Assembly (NCBI RefSeq): GCF_018977255.1
Contig: NW_024704742.1
Coordinates: 16,122,001-16,186,000 of the forward strand
Origin: Callorhinchus milii
Taxonomy: Eukaryota
Direction of reading: 5' to 3'
DNA length: 64,000 nucleotides
Positions within the stretch are counted from its first letter, which is position 1; every line of letters starts with the position of its first letter. The notes beneath the pieces were generated by a model. It made no database searches. It worked only from the letters and a program-made list of their open reading frames with translations, and was not told where the DNA came from. The position numbers were made by a program, and so were the translations under genes. This document shows positions 52,193 to 64,000 of this stretch, one piece after another.

Positions 52193-54604
52193 ACTAAAAC
52201 AATTAACTTTTATTCTGTTTTTCAATTAATGGGACAGAGTGTGTGTGTTGGTAAACCTTTTATTTAATTGTATTATTTTCAGAGTTGCTTGCTAATGCTC
52301 CTACCAGCTAAATTATCTGCTATTATTACAAACTGAGCCAATATTCTATTCACACTATAGATATGTTTGCTATTGATGCTCTTGCAGGATACACCCTTTA
52401 ACATCTTTTTTACCAGGTGGTGTGGCATCCATTCAATAATGCAACTGATTTATTAGAAATTTTACATTATCCATTTTGCTTTGTTTTGCTGCCCTACAAA
52501 AACAACTGTTCTCCTTAAAAAAAATAGCTGTTCAGGTAACAAAAAAGTTACCCAGTGTAGTAATTTTTCTTCCCTTTCCCCCACCACCATCTGCCCAATT
52601 TGAAAACTTCCTCTCACCTGATTTGCACCATATTCAGTCAGTTTTTTATTGTTCCTTCTTACCGATATGTTAATAATTCCAGCTTGCACAAAAATATTTT
52701 TCTACTTCAAACAGGTTGTCTCCTAATTAACCTTTGTTCTGACATAGATGTGCTTTCCCTTGATTTTATTCCTTAACCAGATTCTGAACCAGGAGCATAT
52801 GTTACCAACTAGGGTACTAACCAGATACATATGAAAACTCTCACTTCTTAGACCCAAAAATTCTGCATACCCCAATCACACTTGTTTTTTGGCAAACATT
52901 TTCACATTTTATCAAATAGGTATCAGACACAATTCTGTGCTGACAGATCTTGGCAAATTCTGCATTAACTTAACATTAGATTTATTGGAATTAGAAATCA
53001 AGAAAAGAGAATTTGGTTGTATTGTTCCCAAGTCTAATTTCAAATATTATATTTTGGTTGATATTTTCTGTACTTGTTCAGGTGCATGTCTCATTTCAAA
53101 TGCCCTAATTTGTTGCTAGAAAGTCAATCAAAGACTATGCTAGGATCAGAAATGAGACTTTATGTAATGTAACCATTTTGCTATATGTATGAAGCCATTG
53201 TTGTTGGGTGTCCATGTATACTAGTGAACAACCGTTCAGAACAATTTCGTTTTAATAAAATTGCACGACTTTCTGCATTGTTTTTGGTGTGGTTCAATCA
53301 CTTCACAAGATTAAAGGAGGGGAGTACAGCACCTGATGTGACAATCAATCATTTTACTGGTGGAGTTTGGGTCTTTCATCTCAAGTTCTAGCAGTATCAG
53401 TTGTCCAGGTCAATGTGCATATGATGTCATTATGTGTTAGAATGTTATACAATTGATTGCCAGTTATATACTTTAGTAATTATTCTGTTATTGAATGTTC
53501 CTGCACAAAGCATTGTTTCAGTTATCACGAAGAATGTTCCATGATAATAGAGAAGATTGAGCTCAGGGGAAGGAAGAAAATACTTTTTAAAAAAAGAGAT
53601 CAAATAGAAATGCGAATGTGGTAAGGAACGACAGATGGTTTTGAATGTAGATAAAAGGAAGGTACTCACATTGGAAGAAAAGACAATAAAGATGTATACT
53701 AAATCAAGGGGTATCCATTGTCACACATAAAAAATACCAGGATCTGGGTATGATTGTTGGTCATCATTAGGAAGCTTAGCCAGCAAACTAATCAAATTCT
53801 AATAATATAATAATAATAGGTTGAATGTTGAAGTGATTAAACAATAAACCAACCTATTTTATTCTTACCTTATATGGATGATTATTGCAACCATGTTTAA
53901 AACATTGGGGTCCAATTTGCAGTACTTCTTAGATAGATTCCTCAATAAAGAATCCAATTCATGCAAATGGAAACAGCTTCCAATAATTGTGAATTTCACA
54001 CCAACATGGTGACTCTGACTCAGTAGACTTCTGCAGATGGATAGGAGTTCTAATGGGATACCTTAATAAGGAAATTTGATCTATTGTTATGAGCATCTTT
54101 AAGCACCCTGCCGTTCAAAACCACATTAGAGAAGGTAGAAGAAGATGCTCCTCTAAGAGGAACAACAGGGATAATTCTGGCACTTTGAGCTCTACCGTAT
54201 ATTGTTGTTATCCTCATGCTAATACTTTACAACTCAAGAATGCTCTGCCTCCTCATCCTAATGGTTTTGAATCCTTCTTTTTCAGTTCTTCTGGGAGCAT
54301 GATTCCACAGTGCTCAGTGAGTGTCCTTTGATATCTCCTCAATCGATCAGTTTCTGTGTGTATCGGCTTTGAGAATGGGTTTCAGGATGCATGACAGCAA
54401 AACCTTATCCTACAGTTATCTCATACCCGCATAAACTTCTAGCAAAGCGAGTGGGGGGACATTGGATAGTGATCAGAAGCTAAAACATTTACTGAGCTCC
54501 AATGCTGCATGGGTGAGATCAATTCAGTTGATAACTTTTCAGTTATTTTTATTTAATTATCCAATTTATCTACCGCCTGAAGATATTGCCTCTTTGCTGG
54601 CATA

Positions 54605-55075
54605 CAACAACAACAATTACATTTGTAAAACACCTTTCACGTTGGGAGTACATCCCAAGGCGCTGGACAGACAGAATTACAGACCCAAGCTGGGGGATAG
54701 GGTGGGGGAGGATGGTGGGGGAAGCAGGGAGATCGAAAGCAGTTTGAAGAGGAGGGTCTTGCGATGGGTCTTGAAGATAGCAAGGGAGGGGGCGAGGCGG
54801 AGGGACTGCAGGATGGAGTTCCTTCCAGAGAGTGGGTGCAGAGTGACGGAAGGCCCGCCCGCCAATAGTGGGGCGAGCAAGGCAGGAGATGTGAAGCAGG
54901 CCAGAGCCCACTGAGCAGAGGGAGCAAACAGGATGGTAGGGGGTTAGGAGGTCGCAGAGGGCAAGACCGTGAAGGGCTTTGAATGTGAGGACCAGGATCT
55001 TGAGCACTGTGTGATGGGAAGCCAGTGGAGTTGGGCAAGGATGGGGGTGATAGGGTCTTGGAGCCTAGTGCGGGA
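54605..55075 (-). mobile_element. L2 3' fragment
   Basis: KILVLTFKALHGLA...[18 protein letters not shown]; (CAA)n tail. Confidence 0.9.
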
Positions 55076-55149
55076 GAGATCCAAGGGCACTGCCTTTACA
55101 TAAGTGAGTCTTGACAATAAGTTTTATGAGTTTTAAGAGATTATTCAAC

Positions 55150-55375
55150 CATGGGTGGCATTGTTGCCAGTTGGATAGCAATTGGAAGTGGTAAACATTT
55201 GGTATATTTCCCCGCTTTCTTGTCTAAAGAATGCCAGTACAATGAGAATATTCCCTGATCTTACCTCCTGCTGAGACCAGCTAACTCAGCACAGACCTAG
55301 ATTTAAGTCTAAACCTTCTGGTCTGTAAGGCTTCATACTACACTGAGTAGTATTTTTATCCATTGGACCATTGAA
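55150..55375 (-). mobile_element. Ancient tRNA-derived SINE-like fragment
   Basis: Minus strand tacagaccagaaggtttagacttaaatctaggtctgtgctgagttagctggtctcagc looks like a tRNA-derived head; related-looking pieces at ~12950-13210 and ~54330-54490. Confidence 0.4.
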
Positions 55376-58300
55376 GCTATTCTTTTTGTTTACAGTTAGT
55401 GACAAAACACTTTATTGTTTTGGTTTATGCAACACTTTAAGTTTATCAGAAATGTACTTGCAAAAGTTATAATTCGAATAACGTGTTTTTTCTTGGTAAC
55501 GGCATGAATATAAATCGCAGACCATATGTCAGCGTAGCTATTTGATTTGAGTCAGTATTTCCAGAATTGAGTTTCCAGAATTGATGCAGTTGCCAAACAA
55601 AATACCAGTCCAGCACCGATTGGAAACGATGTGCATATGTTTGTAATTTATCTCTCATCATCCGTTACACATTTATTTTTATCCCATTTTCGTGTGAAGA
55701 GCAGAATATTTATTTCGCTTAAATATTGCTTTAAAGTTTAGAAAGCTGTTTATTATGCCAATAGTAGCTATTAAATAAATACGATCTGCTATCTTCAAAC
55801 TCTATACACGCCAAATAACTCAATTATATTTGTTGTTGGACAATGTGTTTTGGCCAATATAATTGTAAGAGCCCTACATTGGTGAATGTAAGTTTTGCCT
55901 TCAATCACGTGGATCTCCGCACATGTTGTTTATCGATACAAAACGTTCCATGTTATATGATAGATTGTGCGAATAATCATTTATTTAAAAAGTTTGATAT
56001 TTACTTGTTGCCTTTGGCATACATAACTTCGGTAAGCTCTGTTTACTTTGTATTATCACCAAGCCCCAGCGAATCTGATGTAAGGTATATTTTTAAGACA
56101 GGCATATTTAGCGTAGTGATCCATATACATTCTTTAAGAACTGGATTATACTTTCATAATGCGTCGTCTGAATAACACCACTGTGATATATAAATAGAAT
56201 AAGATTACTTGTTGCAACGCATACGTAGTTTAGTTGTTGCTGAAACGTGACAAAACATATGAGAAACGAAGTGTTTGCTTAATCAGTAGTTAATATGAAC
56301 AATACGGAGAACCCCAAAAGGAAACTCCTAAAATGTAAAAAAAATGTATATGGTAGATAAATCAACTAAATGAGGAAGAGGATTTTTTAAAATTAATGTG
56401 TTCCGTAGCTTGAATTTATTGCATGTTGTGATCGAGTTTTCGTATTGTTACTGAACAAGCTCTGTGTGCAGCCTAAATATAAGTTTCAATGTTAATGTAA
56501 ATTGTTTGCAACTCTCTAAAGAATAAGTAAGATTTAAAAAGTCGAACATGGCCTTCCAAAATTGCATTAGACAACCACTACTAATCTTGTGCAGACATCT
56601 TAAAATAATATACTCCTGGCCTACATAAATATGTACATGAGTGAACGAAAATAAATGATTTTTCTTAACCCAGAAGTAGCTATATTTGACTTTAACTGAT
56701 TTACACACAATTTACTGTGATCCGATCTACTGTACTTGCTTTTTTCATTAGTAAGTGACTGCTGTCCTTTAACTGAGACTCATTCACTTACATTGAGTTG
56801 GGAAATAACACAGCACATGATTCAAATTCTCTTTGAAATGATTATTTGCTGTGATTAAACGGTTTGACACGAATTCCGTGAAATTTAGAGCAGTAGCCAA
56901 ATCAATGTGAATGTATCTGTTCAATGTTCATTAATTTTGTAGACAATCAGGATTCTGCTTTCAGTCATGTTTCTGAGTATTTCTGCACGAACAGAGATGC
57001 AGAAAGTAGTTTACAGGAAATGTTTAAAAGTAGTATACAGGAAATGTTTTAAAACCTATTTTGCCACATCTGCCTGTATTCATCCAATGGCGTTGTCTAC
57101 TGCAATCGCCATAACTAAAATAATACTTGTCTAGAGACATTTTAACGTTTTTTTGAAGCAGCGCCAGTCGATGCTATTGATTAGGAACAAGGGACCATAG
57201 GAATGTGTAGGACCGGAAAAGACCATTAAATTGGGAAATACTGTAAAACACAGAATATTATTCAGCTCATAGTCATGCAAAATACAATCTATCGGATCGG
57301 ATCCTGCAGACTTCATTTGTTTTTTTCTTGTCAATTATTCCTGTGATTAAATTTGACCAAATAGTGATTGAGTAACAAATTGATGAATTGTTACATGTTA
57401 TATTGTTGTCCTAAATATTATCCTACACAAACAGAAGTACAGATTGATGCTATTACAAAAATAATCTTGCTTAATTTATGAAAACGTGCACTATACGTAG
57501 AATACATAGAAATAATTTATTTCAAATAGTGTTTACAGTCGGTGAGAAGCAGCACTTTACATGCATTTGCAGTTTGCATATTTTAAACAGCTATGCATTG
57601 TGAGTTGTACTGGGTATGCATTTTTAAAGGAGCCAAAAGTCTATATTATTTGACTTGCTTAAATTATTTTCCGTCTTCATTTTAAACTCAGTCCACGTCA
57701 TTTAGAGCAGTAATAAAACCAAATGTTCTGGCTAATAGTGCAAAAAATTTCGAAGTCACGGTATGCTGTGTAATTTCTAGACTACTATACTGTGAATAGC
57801 CTTCACGAGTTATTGCTGCGTGGGAGGACATCTACAAATGGGGGCGGAGGATAGAAGAGGAGAGAATTGTACGCTGTTTGCTTCACAATCTAAATTTAGA
57901 TCATTTAAAAACATACTTTTATTATCAATAATAGCGGTATTTAGAAATAAGGCTCGCTTCGAACCCGTCGCTCCCCATAAATATATTTTAAAAGAATGTG
58001 GTAATTATTTGTCAGGACATGAAAAATAATCGTTCAAACATAAATAGAAGAAAGGGATCCAAAGATCTCCAAAATCTAGAAGTCCGTTTTAGATGATAGA
58101 GCTGAAATTAAGAAAGTCGCTGAGTAATATTTAACCATGTCCAGCACCAGGACTGTGAAGTTGTGTTGCCCAGTGCTCTGTTCCACCAGCACTGAGCAAC
58201 ACCCAGTCAATTGAAGGAGTAACATTGTGACATTGGAGACAGGTTATTTATCTGTGAGATCATATGCCAAATTGCCCTGCTGCTCATTTTATGTATGTGT

Positions 58301-59401
58301 TCATTTATTTTAATATTAACAATCAATGTTATTTTCAACGTCAGTGGTACACATTTTGTGTTGCAGAATATCTTCTGGTGAGGAAGAACCATTAGTTGTT
58401 GTCATTGTGATGCAGCAAAGATAACAGTAACTGTTATGTAATACTCCCAATCAATAAAAGTTCGTTCAATTCTATATTTAAGTTTGATAATGCATTAAAA
58501 TCATCGTAATCTCTGTGTGTATTGGATTACATTCATTATTAATATAAACTTAAACTCCGTGCAATTTTTTTTGATAAGTGCGGGTATGTACTCCTAAATG
58601 TGACTTGAAATCTATTTGTAAAACTCATTTGTAGTGGGGAGCAATGCACACAGCACCATATACAGGAGCAGTATATCGACTTGCATTTGGAGATCCTAAG
58701 TTTATGAAAGCCTCAATTCAGTGATTACCCTGTGTGGTCAAGAGTAATTGTCCCTCATATCTCAATGCCAAAATTACCCCTGCCTGCACTTTGATAATGT
58801 GAAAATTGTATCTGTCGAAAACAATAAATCGTCCGAACATTTACGACATTCAATTATTACCTATAAAATATTAGACAGGTGGGAGATTGACTATGTTCTG
58901 AAACACTGTAATTACGCTGCACCCGAATCCATTAGCATTCAGTACATCTTACATTAATTGGTGTAGAAGCAAACTTATGTGCGAGATTCACGCTGCTGTG
59001 GTATTTATCCTCTCTGCCTAACGCTCTTGAGAAGAGATCTTTTTTTGGATGGAAACCTAATGGCTTATTCTACAAGCTTCAGTTGAGATTTTATTAATTT
59101 TACAAAAGGAGTACTTAACATTAAAAATTAATTTGGACTTCAAACGTTAAGCGCCCTTCAATATTAATACAGTAACAATATGGTAGAACAACACAGTAGG
59201 GAACTGGGAATGCGCATGTTTGGAACAAGTGCGAGAGGAGTTTCTTCAGAAGCTATTTTAACATTATAAAGATTTCAGATGAGAAAATATAATTGTTCAA
59301 AATAAACTAATCAAGACCACGAGTAGAGTCAGATTGAATGTGTGATAGAGGCCACCAATGGAAAACGTGACTTGCAATATGTATGCAAAATCCACTTTAC
59401 A

Positions 59402-59485
59402 GTCGAAACAGAGAGAAAAAAACTCAGGCCTTGTTTTTTTTGAAATACGGCAACTAGTTTAAGTTTTTTTTAAAATCGCTTTATT
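59402..59485 (-). repeat. Second copy of the ~82-nt poly(A)-signal segment at 61628-61708
   Basis: gtcgaaacagagagaaaaaaac..aggccttgttttttttgaaatacggcaactagtt.aagttttttttaaa.tcgctttatt occurs at both places, nearly identical. Confidence 0.9.
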
Positions 59486-61627
59486 TATAAAATGCACTAT
59501 ACACAACGTTGCATAACGGAGGTATAATTTGGAACTGGTGTGAATGATCTGGGGATTATGTGAACGCCTTGCCAGAAGTTGGAACCATTGATATATTTTC
59601 CATGTGTCAAGAGCCCCAGTTCTCACATGCAGCATTCGAGTGGTAGAGGCTTCGTCCTGTTTGGCATGTGGTTTGCTATAAATCTTTTTTTTGTAGTCAG
59701 CCGGGTGGAAACCCATTACCACACTTGAGAGCATGCAACCCAAATTGAGAGCTCCATGCATCCCACCTATACATGGAAATTCCAGAGGTTTGTTTCGAAA
59801 TAATTTGTATTGAATTAAACGGAATTAATATTGGGGACCTGCATCGGGATTAGAATGCCTGGCCATTGAGTTGAGCAGTTACCAAAAGCACTGAGCCAAC
59901 AGCGTTGGAAACAGAGTACCAACCAACAGCTCAGGTCATAAACCAGGCAGGTGTTGAGAAACTTCTTATAGGGGGGAAATAAATCCGGACGAGAGGACAA
60001 AAGAAGGGAAACACTGTGAAATAAATATGTTCATCGCCCATTTTGTAAAAATATAGTTGGGTATGTATGGTTACGATTCTGAATTATCTTTAAAGCAACG
60101 GTAATATATTTCTATCCAGTGATATTATTCAACAGGTTTATAGAAAATAAAACATGTATATGTTTTAGTATTTGGGGTGGGGGAGGGGGTGGAGCATTAC
60201 ATAAACCCCCAGCAGGTAATCTATGCCTTTCTATTCCATCGTGGCTGCCACGTATTGCATTTTTCTGAAATAAAGAGATTTGTAACCATTTACCCTTCGC
60301 CAAGATGGAAACTCTGTCCACAGTAAGTTGTATAAACGCTGAAAAATACCAGATCAGAGCCTCGCGTTCAGCGCTATTGGCTTAGTTAACAGCCGCCACA
60401 GATCGCTTGTTATACCGCGTGTGTTTGTGGGGTGTGGGGGGGGGGGGGGGTTCTTTCTATCAGATCCATGTAATGTTTTCATGTCAATCCTATCCCACAG
60501 ATTACACAGATGCAATGAAACAACCTCTATAAACCCGAGACCTAGTTTATTTAAACGCCATGGGCTTTTATTTTGTGTGAGAGTATAATTCCGGTCACAT
60601 TCTGTGCCCATATATATGTCAGGCCGGGGGTACACAGGATATTACGAACTGCAGTTAATAAAATTGTTATTGGACAATTCAATGTACCGTCCTTTTAGCA
60701 TGGTACTTATTTAGGCTTTGTTATTAAATAAATTAAGACTAAACGACCCACTTATTTATGAATGGTGTTGGGTAAAAGTTGAAATTGGTTTAAAAAATGC
60801 TTATTTCATGAAGACTTTGTTTCCTCTCCAAGATCACTGGAGTTGTAAAAGTGTTGGTCTTAAATTAGTAATAAACCTTGGTTAATGAAACTGAATGTTT
60901 ATTCTACCGTTCAAGGCGGCTGGTGCATTGAGTGTGAATGAACTCCAACACCGACCCATCAAAGTAATACGAAATAATCCCTTTAAATGCAACTGACGAC
61001 CTACATAGAAGTAAGAAACAAGGTACAAGCATCTGAACAATAAATTGCATTTTCATTTTAACGTTCACATTTAATATCAAACCAGTAACATATAAAGCTG
61101 TATAAATATGACGTGATATAAGGTTTATCCTTTAAACAGATGTTGCATAATATTTACAAACAGTCCCAGCAAGAAAATCGGATTACACTGATTTAATCAA
61201 CTTACTCCACGCAGTGAAAGCTGGATAAATACCAGACTGTAAATAAACGATAAAAGATACATTCAGTCGAAACAACCGAAACGTAAAATTCACCGTCTTG
61301 AAACGAAGGTTTTAAAAAGAAGTTATTCCTTGGAATTTAACACATTTTGGGGGGAGTTAGGAAAAGGATGGCTCAGTAAAATTCAGATCCATATCTAAGC
61401 ACCCTTTCCACCGAAATGCAAGTCAAAAGTGCACAAAGCAATGGGCAAAGCCCAAACATTATTAATTGAGTTTTATCAGGCCTTTTCTTTGAAGTCCATC
61501 GATTAAAAAAGAATTTAAAATGTCTAATATGAGAAACGAGAGTTAACACATACTTTACGCCAGCTGAGTCAGAAAGAGAGAAACGCGTGAGAAACAGATA
61601 CAAGGAAGCTGAGTGGAGATATAACAT

Positions 61628-61708
61628 GTCGAAACAGAGAGAAAAAAACAGGCCTTGTTTTTTTTGAAATACGGCAACTAGTTGAAGTTTTTTTTAAATC
61701 GCTTTATT
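61628..61708 (-). terminator. Putative proximal polyadenylation signal with downstream U-rich element
   Basis: First canonical AATAAA (61708-61703, minus) that I find after the stop codon, followed by a TGTTTTTTTCTCTCTGTTT tract. Confidence 0.5.
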
Positions 61709-62294
61709 GTAACATGATCTGGTCAGATAAAAGATGTGGGTTTATATCGGTAGCATTTTGGGACAATAAAATAAATCCGCCTTTAATTATAAATAAGACT
61801 GTTAGCGAGACTCGGATGTGGTAAAATGTATTTTTGAACAAAGCATTAAAAACAAAGATGCCCTGTTAACCCTTAAAATCCATTGTACGTCTCTACATCA
61901 CCCCCAGCTAACCGCTTAGTAAAATCCAACAAATCACAATGTAGATCAACATTGCACTTGAGCTGAACAAATAACATGTTCTGATAAACAGAGAACAGTC
62001 ACTGAGTTAATTATTTGTTACTTGAAAAAATTGCCACAAACATAAATGCCCATCAAGGATGCGGAGTGTATTAAAGGTTCGTAAACGTAAATGCACGTGG
62101 AAAAGAGAACGCAAAGATGAGTGGAAAAGATAAGGAGACAAAACAAGGCAAATAGGTAGTGAATGGAAACATAAAACAGGAGGAAAATCCTCACCAAATT
62201 AGATACCATTTTTTTCCCCCGGTTAAACAGTATAAACAGTGACTAAATGACCTCTAAAAGTTTGTGTGATACAGTTATATACTGTTCTAAGCGA

Positions 62295-62836
62295 TTATAG
62301 GTCTCCATCGAGAATGTGGAGGTATTTGCTGGCGTCGGGGAAGCAGAGGTAAGGCGTGCTGTTCCCCGGGTAGAGGACAGGGAAAGAGACGGGCAGCAAA
62401 CATCTGCGCAGAAAGCTGCTCTCTTTGTACATGGTTGGCATCTGCACTATCTTGGGCACAGGTTCAGTTGTATTTGTTACCTCCAGTTCGGCGGACAGCT
62501 GCCTTTTCAGTTTATTTCTGCGATTCTGGAACCAAATTTTAACCTGGGTCTCAGTCAGTTGTAGAGAGTTCGCCAGACAGGCGCGCTCGGCGCTGCTCAG
62601 GTATCTCTTCATGTCAAACGTCGACTCAAGCTGGAAGATCTGGCTTTTGGAAAATATAGTGCGCGTCTTCTTTTTCGCGAGTATTTTAGTTTTCTTGCTG
62701 AGTTTGACCCTTGCGGTATCGTCGCTGTTATCGGGCGAATCCAATGATCCAAATGGCTCAGTGTTTTTTACAGTGTGCTTCGCGTCAATGGTGAATTGAA
62801 GTGAAGGGGTTGTGAGATAAGCTGTGTTCATCGATT
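62295..62836 (-). CDS. SOHO1: HMX/NK5-family homeobox gene (SOHo-1/Hmx4-like), coding exon 2 with homeodomain
   Basis: Acceptor TTTTGTGATGCAG|AA at 62837/62836 restores frame (G+AA=Glu), giving a 759-nt CDS and 252 aa. Homeodomain 62675-62496 [60 protein letters not shown] is followed by the HMX-type SAELE...[10 protein letters not shown] motif. TIFSKSQ and Leu56 (NKLKRQ) match SOHo-1 rather than HMX1/2/3 (TVFSRSQ, NKWKRQ), from recall. Confidence 0.92.
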
Positions 62837-63202
62837 CTGCATCACAAAACCGATCAAAGTCAGATTTCTATTGTGCTATCACTTTAATAAGCATCGCTTT
62901 TTTTATATGGGTTTACATTAGAATATAATTACTGAGTATTTAGACCGTGTAAACATTGACCGTAATTCCGGAAACTGCACCTTCTCTTCAACTAAACCTT
63001 TCATGCAAAATATCAACCTCCCTCAATTTGCTGATTTCTAACCTGAAACCAAAGGCCGAATTGGATCAATGCATGCGATTGGATATTTTCAGCGGAATCG
63101 TCGTATTAAATCTTAACAGGCAAAGCGTAGCCCCAGAACAAAAGCTAAAATAAATTATGATGTGCAGAAGACGGAACAAATTGTGTCGGGTGTGCAATTT
63201 AC
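62837..63202 (-). other. 366-nt phase-1 GT-AG intron of the homeobox gene
   Basis: GTAAAT donor and TGCAG acceptor. The alternative AG at 62869-62868 gives the wrong phase. Confidence 0.85.
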
Positions 63203-63419
63203 CTTGACTCATTTTTCTGTAGTCTTTCACGTGTCTAATGTCCATTTTTGTGGATTCATTCCGCGGATTTGAATCCGCCATACGCTCTGATATGGCTATG
63301 GCTGGCTGCTTGGCATTGTCGCTTTTAAGCTCTTTGCAGCTGGGACTGGGCTTGAGGATGCTGTCTATGGTAAATTTCAGCGACAGAGGCTGACATTGAA
63401 TGGTCTCTTCCTTATCCAT
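63203..63419 (-). CDS. SOHO1: HMX/NK5-family homeobox gene (SOHo-1/Hmx4-like), coding exon 1
   Basis: ATG at 63419 in good Kozak context (ATA ATG G). Encodes an eh1/Groucho-binding motif FTIDSIL near the N-terminus. After 72 codons + 1 nt there is a donor CAAG|GTAAAT at 63203/63202 (phase 1), compatible with exon 2. Confidence 0.88.
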
Positions 63420-63559
63420 TATTCCCTGATGTTATGAAGCCCAGTAGATGTAACGTGCTCGTATTGTATCACTAATGTCCTAAAGGTTTCTATAATGATC
63501 TTCGTGCCGTCCTCGTCCCGCCAGCACCATTCCTGCCTGATTACAGCTGCAGTCAGTCA

Positions 63560-63850
63560 TTTCAGACAAAGTTATTCACTCGGTCGGAAAATGGCGGCGC
63601 TGGAATTCTTTCATTGGATGGGATGTAAATAGCCAGATTGATCCAATGGGGAACGAGGGAAGGCGGGAGTACAGCGTGTCCCATCATTGAAGTCACAATC
63701 CACTGCATCGATTGCATGAGCGAGTGCAATCCTCAAAGCTTAAACCAGCAACTTCCTACCAAGAACCGATAATGATAAAAATGCTGATTAATTTCAGCTG
63801 CAATGTCGAGCAGTAACCATTACACAGTCAGTGTTTGTTTTATTGGTCGG
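63560..63850 (-). promoter_or_regulatory. Probable proximal promoter of the homeobox gene
   Basis: YY1-type AAAATGGCGGC (63588-63598), CCAAT boxes at 63613-63617 (minus), 63643-63647 (plus) and 63842-63846 (minus), GGCGGGA at ~63662, CpG-rich, immediately upstream of the ATG. TSS not determinable. Confidence 0.55.
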
Positions 63851-63867
63851 CTGGAGGCAACTTCATA

Positions 63868-64000
63868 CCACAACTTGCATTTATATATATAGTGCCCTTC
63901 ACGCGGGGGTAGCGTCCTGGAGCGCTTGACAATGGCGGGGTCTCACGCTGAGCCAGCGGGAGAGGAGAGGGAGGGAGGGAGGAGGTGACCATAAGCACGA
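63868..64000 (-). mobile_element. L2 3' terminus running off the window
   Basis: caacttgcatttatatatatagtgcccttcacgcgggggtagcgtcctggagcgc tail stem-loop. Confidence 0.75.

Noticed and set aside
58140..58160. REST/NRSE-like TCCAGCACCAGGACTG
   Set aside because: Half-site spacing is one base short and the right half mismatches; insufficient support.
62316..62799. Plus-strand ORFs antisense to the homeobox exon
   Set aside because: Typical antisense shadows of a coding exon; no independent coding signal.
63066..63202. C-terminal 44 aa of the 117-aa ORF
   Set aside because: Read-through into the intron past the GTAAAT donor.

Overview
AT-rich vertebrate genomic DNA. The repeat content (CR1 and L2 LINEs, tRNA-derived Deu-domain SINEs) suggests a cartilaginous fish, plausibly a chimaera; that is inferred from recall, not from a search. 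The only supportable protein-coding gene is a two-exon minus-strand HMX/NK5-family homeobox gene at the right end (exon 1 63419-63203, exon 2 62836-62295, 252 aa), whose homeodomain best matches SOHo-1/Hmx4. The other ~55 kb is the gene desert downstream of it. It holds a decayed near-full ORF2 CR1, many L2/CR1 3' fragments, two SINE families (some nested three deep), a small hAT MITE and several repeat-free motif-dense blocks that look like conserved enhancers. From ~55.4 kb the sequence becomes transposon-free and keeps its CpGs. I see no prokaryote-type system (CRISPR, operon). The most promising leads are the Hmx regulatory landscape (a Meis/Pbx/Hox site cluster at 45.9-46.3 kb), a duplicated polyadenylation cassette, an in-frame uORF, and the modular SINE/L2 tail evolution. 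Repeat family names and enhancer calls come from pattern recognition and need database confirmation. Repeat boundaries are approximate unless junctions are quoted.
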